A stretch of 62,541 nucleotides of DNA, filler included, from Vannella sp. (taxonomy: Eukaryota): NCBI GenBank assembly GCA_023345925.1. It is 7 parts of 7 records of this genome, joined end to end, with 100 filler letters (N's around TTAATTAATTAA, not from the genome) between each part and the next. Parts side by side here need not be neighbours in the genome. Positions count along the whole stretch, not along the records: positions 54,805 to 62,541 come from JAJQQN010001297.1; 6 more parts are not named here. One strand, given 5' to 3'. Position 1 is the first letter of the stretch, and each line of letters starts with the position of its first letter. A program made the position numbers and the translations under genes. A model generated the notes under the pieces. It searched no databases. It was not told the DNA's origin and saw nothing but the letters and a program-made list of their open reading frames with translations. Of this stretch, positions 56,987 to 62,541 are shown in pieces.

Positions 56987-58989
56987 CTAGATTCTTAGCT
57001 CATCGTCAAAAATTTCTGGAGACTGTAAGAATTGGACAGGAACACCGTAATCTTGCTCTTCGTGGAATCTTCGTCGGCGGACAACTGTCGCAACTGAGCT
57101 GTACTTTGGCCGCCAAGAGCTCGCCACTCCTAGTGTTACGGTATAGTTGGGTGTCAAAGTCTGAGAAACGGAGAAAGGAAAATCAGTTTTCTGAACGCGG
57201 TCGTGTAGCTTTGCACTGATCGCCCAAACACCAGAATTACTACAAGCAAAGGAGAATTGATAGTATAAGTTCATAGAAAACACCAAAGTCTCCCCTCCTT
57301 TCTGGATTGATTCTACCTCAAGTCGACGCCTCGTATAAGGTAAGGGCATCTGTGGTTTTTTCTTGTCTTTTGCAGTACCTTCCTCGAGGAGCTTTTTCAT
57401 AAAGTTGGTTTGTGTAGCATACTGGAACTCACAAACTATTACATTAGTCTTACGCGCAGACTCAGGAAGCATTTCTTCCCAGAATCCACCGCGACTTGGT
57501 AAAACATGTCCACCAGCTTCTCGGATGCCGTCGGTGTACATTCGGATAAAATCTGAGGTGGTTTGAATGTCCCTACATTCACCATAGCGAGTGGCTTCTT
57601 TGTATAGCCGGCTAATCAACCCGAAATGCCTGTCACATTCTGATTTGCCGTGGTATTCGGCGAAAAAGTTCAGTTCGAACTCTTGATTTCGTTCCAATCC
57701 AAGGTCGTGAAAGGTGGCAAAAGTTTCGAAGTTACGGAAATGCTGACCAGCATTATCCATCCAAACATTTGTTTTCTTAACCCGAAAGTGAGCCCAAATC
57801 GGGTGCGCGAGAATGTTCTGCCGCAGGATCTCAAGGAGAGTTTTCGAGTCATGTCTCAAAACAGAAGAAATCACTGTAAAGTGGACCTTGTAGCGGATTC
57901 CTCCTGTTGAGCAAAAGAAGGCGGCAGCTCCGAAAACAGTTCTTTGAGGAGCTCGAAAGAACACGTGTGAATCCTCGATTGGCCCCTTACCCAGAGTGAT
58001 ATTGGCCTTGAAATCAAGTATTAAAATCGATTCCGTAGGTCTGAGAGCGTCCATTTGTCTTCCAAAATCAGCGTAACGGGTATCTCGAACCATCTTATGG
58101 AACTCGAATGCCCCTTTCGCCTCAATATCGTCATGAGTCAAATGCATAGGGTGTGCAGCCGTCAATGTGGTGTGATACAATTTTGCCTCCTTGCATGTTG
58201 GACAGGCATCTTGCACGCTCTGTGGCTTTTTCACAGACCTTGGCTTATACTTGCGGTACGTTGTGAGCCGGAAAGGGAACCCAGGATGCAGTTCTTTGAA
58301 CATATTCCACGCCTCTTTGATGGGGTATTGTTGATAGTAGAGCTCAGAAAACACTGTTGGGCTTTTTGCAGTCTTCCTTTTGACCACGAATTGGTCGTGG
58401 GGTGCCACGCGGGAGATAGATTTCCAATGTTCTTCAATAACGTCCTTCCACACTTGTGGAACAGCATGTGGTGCGATCCCAGAACGTTCCTTTCGAGTAA
58501 GTTGAAGCCGCACGATCTGAGAAAACCTTTTTGCGGGAACAGGCACGGGCCCCTGTTCTCCTGCCACCTTATGAGCGTTGGAAAGATGCTGGTGCTTGAG
58601 ACCAGCCTTTGCAGCAATCTTGATAACGTCATAGTAGTGTACAGTTTTGTCTTTATCAACACTTGCCAACGCTAGAATGTCCAAAATGACCTTGTGCCAC
58701 ACTCTGGATCAAGGTGAGAACAGTTTGAGGTATTCTGAGAGTCTTACCGTTCAGCAGCTTTCAGATCATCTTTCTTACTCTTCAGAACCCCTATGTGATA
58801 GTGTTCGCATCCAACGTGGCTCAAGAAATGCTTGATCCCAGCTAGCCGGCGTGCCCTTGATCCTGTACGCATCTCCTCGAAAGCAGGGAAGGCTGCTTGC
58901 TCCAGAGTGAATCCACGCGTGTCTCTGTCATTCAATGTCAGCAGTTGGGTGGATAGGTCAATGAGCACTTACGGGACAACTGCAGCCAT
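56987..58989 (-). mobile_element. Sola-like (Sola2-type) DDD transposase, intact, with introns 58925-58972 and 58704-58747
   Basis: DACPTC, ILILDFKAN, VWMDNAGQHFRN and FFAEYHGKSECDRHFG match the DFxxN / DxxxxQxKN / HGKxxCD pattern of Sola-type transposases. Splicing gives MAAVVP/DTRG...AAER/VWHK. Confidence 0.7.
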
Positions 58990-59043
58990 CACCACGGAGG
59001 CGAACGGTGGACGAAAAGTGGCTCATTTCACCTTGGGCCACGA

Positions 59044-59072
59044 AATCCCTCTCGCCGCTCGTGACTTTTCTC
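59044..59072 (-). repeat. Partial copy of the dispersed element just upstream of the transposase
   Basis: Reverse complement reads AGAAAAGTCACGAGCGGCGAGAGGGATTT; GAAAAGTCACGAGCGGCGAG is identical to 37397-37416. Confidence 0.7.
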
Positions 59073-59154
59073 ATCGAGCCAATCTATTTTTCATTTGTCC
59101 GTATGGAAGATGTTTATTTAAAGTGAATTTGTCTTGTCACAACAGCGTGTCCGG

Positions 59155-62100
59155 TCAGGGGTTGAGATCAGTCACATCGCAAGGCTTCACATCCTCAACA
59201 GGGCTCTCTTTGAGGGTCTTCACCAGACGGAGATGAGTGTTTAACAGCAATCGCACCCGAAACATTCTTTCCCTCCATTCTTCGGGCCATGGCTCGTTGA
59301 GAGCAAGCTCCAGCCAGCGCGACTCATTTGCGCTCGACCTTCCAGGTTTGTTTAACTGTTCAAGATGCCAGCGGAGCTGATCCGAATTGAGGAATTGGAT
59401 CCGGATGTGATTTCTGCGCCGATTATCCCTTTTCTTCCATAATATTTCCGCCTTGGTCGCCTTCCGTTTCTTCTTTGATTCGTCAACACCCTTTCCTTCA
59501 GCTCCTTCCTCCACTCCTTCAGCTCCTTCATCCTTTCCTTCATCCTTTCCTTCCTCCACTCCTTTAGCTCCTTCATTCACCTTCGGTTTTGATGCAGGAT
59601 TGACGCGATAAGATGGCTTATCACAATTGTGGACAAGGGTCAGCGTCACCATCTCACCTGTCTGGATATCGATACTGTCAAGTAGATTGCACAGGATCTT
59701 GTTGTCTAGGGCAAATTCCGGCGTCACCTTCACCTGAAACCAATCCAGACGGCTTGTGGCACAGTCAATGCCTGGGAAGTTAGGTGCAGCAGGTTCCAAC
59801 ATCTTGTTTGCACTCGACTCAAGCTTCGAGAGGATGCTCTTGCAATCCTCACGGCTGGATGCACTCAAGCACTCTCGACGTGGAAAGAACAGAGATTCGG
59901 CTTCTTTGTCTTTTGGGAGGTTGATGGAACCTTTTCCGCCTTTTTCAGTGGAGCCAAACACATGAAAATGGCCTCCTAGACGCAGCAACAGTATGGCAAC
60001 ACTTTCATACACCCAGCCCCCCGATGCGCCAACCTGCAGCCGGGCGAATTGGGCGAAACATTCGTAGAGAGAAAGTGCTGCCAGATCGTTGAATTTCACC
60101 TCAAACTCTGTCCACATTTTGGACTTTCCCATCCGCTTTGAGATAAGAGGATCGACCAAATCGATGTTGTAGAGACGTGCAGTGCTATTCGCGATACTTG
60201 CGTTTGAATCAACATCAGCGCGCTTTCCCAAAATGATTTTGGTGGCCTCTTCCAGCGACATAGAAGGGTACTTTTGCGTTTCGGAAACGAGTACGATTTC
60301 TTCCACTCGAGTTGTGAAGTTTTTCCAACTAAAAATGTACCGAGGAGCGGCAACACCAAGAAGGCGAATGCGGAACTTCACTTCCTGCTTGCGGTCCCTT
60401 CGGCCCTCAATATTCTCGAGGTGAGTGAGATCTGGCAATAAATGTGGATTGGTTGGATCGTTGTGATCTGATTCTCGCCAGAGGATTGGAGTCATGGCCA
60501 CAACCTCGTCTTCGGAAGGCAGCGGATAGTAGAACACGTTGTGGTCCTTGTAAGCATTCGGGTAATGGGCCTTGTTGTTGGAGCAGTAAATGATACTGCT
60601 TGCAATCCCAAGATCTGCGGGTAGCTTGCTTCCTACCTCGGGAGGATCAACCAAACATATCATGCGGGGATCAAGGCGGAGCGCACTTGAGTCCCAAAGA
60701 TTGATTTCAGTCTGCCAGATCCGGTACGACACAGTCAGACCGTTATCGTCTGGGATTGGAACGAACAGCAGTGCTATCCCAGACTTGCAGTTCAGCCGAG
60801 CAACAACAGCTCCGTCTGCCAACAGCTCCATGAGGGCGTAACTGAGTCCTCCCCGTGTCTTGCCAATGCCAGGTTGGCCCACAACGTATGTACGGCGACC
60901 AGTTTCAAGTTCTGCAAGCGCCCTTTTGGTCACTCCAATGGCTCGGGTGCGGACGATGATGATCTGTCCTGATTGACTTAAATCAGCGTCATCCTCAAAA
61001 GAGAATTTGTGAAGGGGATCTGGCTGAAGGGCAAACACGTCTTTCCCCAAGTGTTGGATATCATCGGACCAGTCAGGGTCAAAGTGTGGATCTGCTTCCT
61101 CGTCCTCGGTCGTGTTGCTAGGCGAATGGGAGGTAAGGCGCTCTCGCAGGGCGCGGCCAAGTTGTGCGTAATTGTTCGCCAAGTCATCGAACTTTTTGGC
61201 AGACTTCCACTCCGCTTTCGGATCATTGATAGTGGTGTTTGAGTTGCACAAGAAGATCTCCCGGAAATCTCTGGCCCTGTCTGCAAAGCTCCCCAGATCA
61301 TCTTTCTGTGCATCTCTCCATGCGCCTCTTCCAGAAGATGGAAAAATGCCGTCATGAGAGACCAGGGCCCCTGTAAGATGCCAATGGTTACCATCGATTC
61401 TGAGAATAAGACTGATTTTGATCCATTCACTCACTCTTTTCACCCTTCATTTTGATGTTCTCCACCTCTTGGGCAATGGTTCTGGCCTGAATGTTGGGGA
61501 TTCCATGATTTGTTGCCAAAGTGCCCGCCATGGCATCCAGCGACGCAAAGGTCCAAAGGTATTCACCTGCAACATCAAGGAGGATGAGACGAGACAAGAG
61601 GGTGAAAGGATCTTACCATCAATCTCTTTTGTTTGCAACAAACGTAAAGTCTCTTGCTGATTTTGGGTCAGCTCCTCCCCCTTCATTGAACTAACAAACT
61701 TGGACCTGAAATGGGCAACAACATCCCCAAACGTGGAAGAAGAACTCAACCTTCCTCCGCCATTTCCTCCGCCATTTCCTCCACACGACGTTTTGTCAAT
61801 GACAGAAGTCGAGATCTCCGGTTGTCCATTTGCAGCAGGAAAGATAGTTGGTTCGGTTCTCTCTGTTACAGTGTTGATGACAGGAAGTGGAGGATGAACT
61901 GGACTGTCCGAAGCTAACACGCCAACGCTGCCCGTAGTATCACCAGGGAAGTGCGGTTCGTGATCAGCCCTTCTTCCCTCATCGAAAGGAGCACCCTCTT
62001 CGAGGGGAGCTGTGGGTGGTGGAGAGAGTTGATCAAAGCTGGTAGAAGTATCATCGTTCAATGAAGGAGCCTCAATAGGCCTGCTGGTAGATCCCTCGAT

Positions 62101-62525
62101 ACTGTCATGAGGTGGAGGTGGGAAGATGAACTGGACTGTCCGACGCCAATGTGCCAACGCTGCCCGTGTCGCCATGGAGGTGCAGGCCATGATCAGCTCA
62201 ATAGGTCTGCGGGCAATTCCCTCGTTCTTCTTGTGGTCATGATCCTCCTGGTCATCTCGATGGGTGGGTTGCTTGGGGATGTCTCCAGAAAGCGGCTCCT
62301 TTTCGTTGGGTCCTGCTCATAAGTCAAATGAGAGATACAACATCATCAACAACACATCGTACCTTGCTTATCGTTTGCGGAAGAGAATCGAACTCTTTGA
62401 GTAAAGGATCCTCTGGCATAGAGACAGTGGTTCGCACGGTTTCCTATCTCGTTGAATCGTATTCCTGAAGGGTGCGCAGTTGCAAGAGCCGCTCGTGTCG
62501 CCAAGGAGAAAGCACGCCGAAGCAT
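59155..62525 (-). CDS. Crinkler/RHS-type protein: presequence-like N-terminus, SAM-like header, P-loop NTPase, PD-(D/E)xK REase; exons 62525-62363, 62312-61617, 61566-61435, 61370-59155 (1068 aa)
   Basis: Exons total 3207 nt and stay in frame. SAM-like TFGDVV...KEIDGEYL...HGIP...IAQEVENIK; Walker A GQPGIGKT; Walker B ICLVDPP; GWVYE...PNFPGIDCA...WFQVK. Confidence 0.8.
59490..59580 (-). repeat. Short coding tandem repeats (EGAKGVEEGKDEGKDEGAEGVEEGAEG)
   Basis: Repeated CCTTCAGCTCCTTC / CCTTCATCCTTT units inside the nuclease-proximal region. Confidence 0.7.
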
Positions 62526-62541
62526 GGAAGGGAACAGAAAG

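Noticed and set aside
61435..61450. Programmed frameshift between ORFs 61447-62190 and 59155-61443
   Set aside because: Fully explained by two canonical introns (61567-61616 and 61371-61434).
1..62541. tRNA, rRNA, CRISPR arrays or prokaryotic operons
   Set aside because: None recognised by eye, and the sequence is intron-containing eukaryotic DNA. A tRNAscan/Infernal run would be needed to exclude small RNAs.

Overview
Eukaryotic DNA from a very gene-dense unicellular eukaryote with short (about 44-64 nt) spliceosomal introns. Gene content (WASP, Arp2/3, major vault protein, Zn2Cys6 factor, TKL kinases, RNF213-like ATPase) is most suggestive of an amoebozoan-type protist; this is inference. 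The window is seven contigs joined by artificial 100-nt linkers (N44-TTAATTAATTAA-N44), so adjacency across linkers means nothing. Most contigs carry housekeeping genes (TOM7, MRPL22, PRA1, DPH3, RagA, ARPC3, WASP, CLK, FCP1, DCAF8-like, MVP, RPL27A, TBC1D15, ABCD, NAA30). The last contig (54805-62541) is an accessory island: decayed ORFs, an intact intron-containing Sola-like DDD transposase, and a 4-exon Crinkler/RHS-type SAM + P-loop NTPase + restriction-like nuclease gene. The first exon of that gene, which the ORF track misses, reads like a mitochondrial presequence. Other highlights: an RNF213/mysterin-like giant ATPase with an inserted tandem beta-repeat, apparent Gemin4 and SNAPC5 homologs (usually considered animal proteins), a SUKH immunity-type protein, an R2K/Cdc123-like ATP-grasp gene, and a short hairpin-forming non-coding element found in four different contigs. 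All family assignments come from motif recognition by eye, not database searches.
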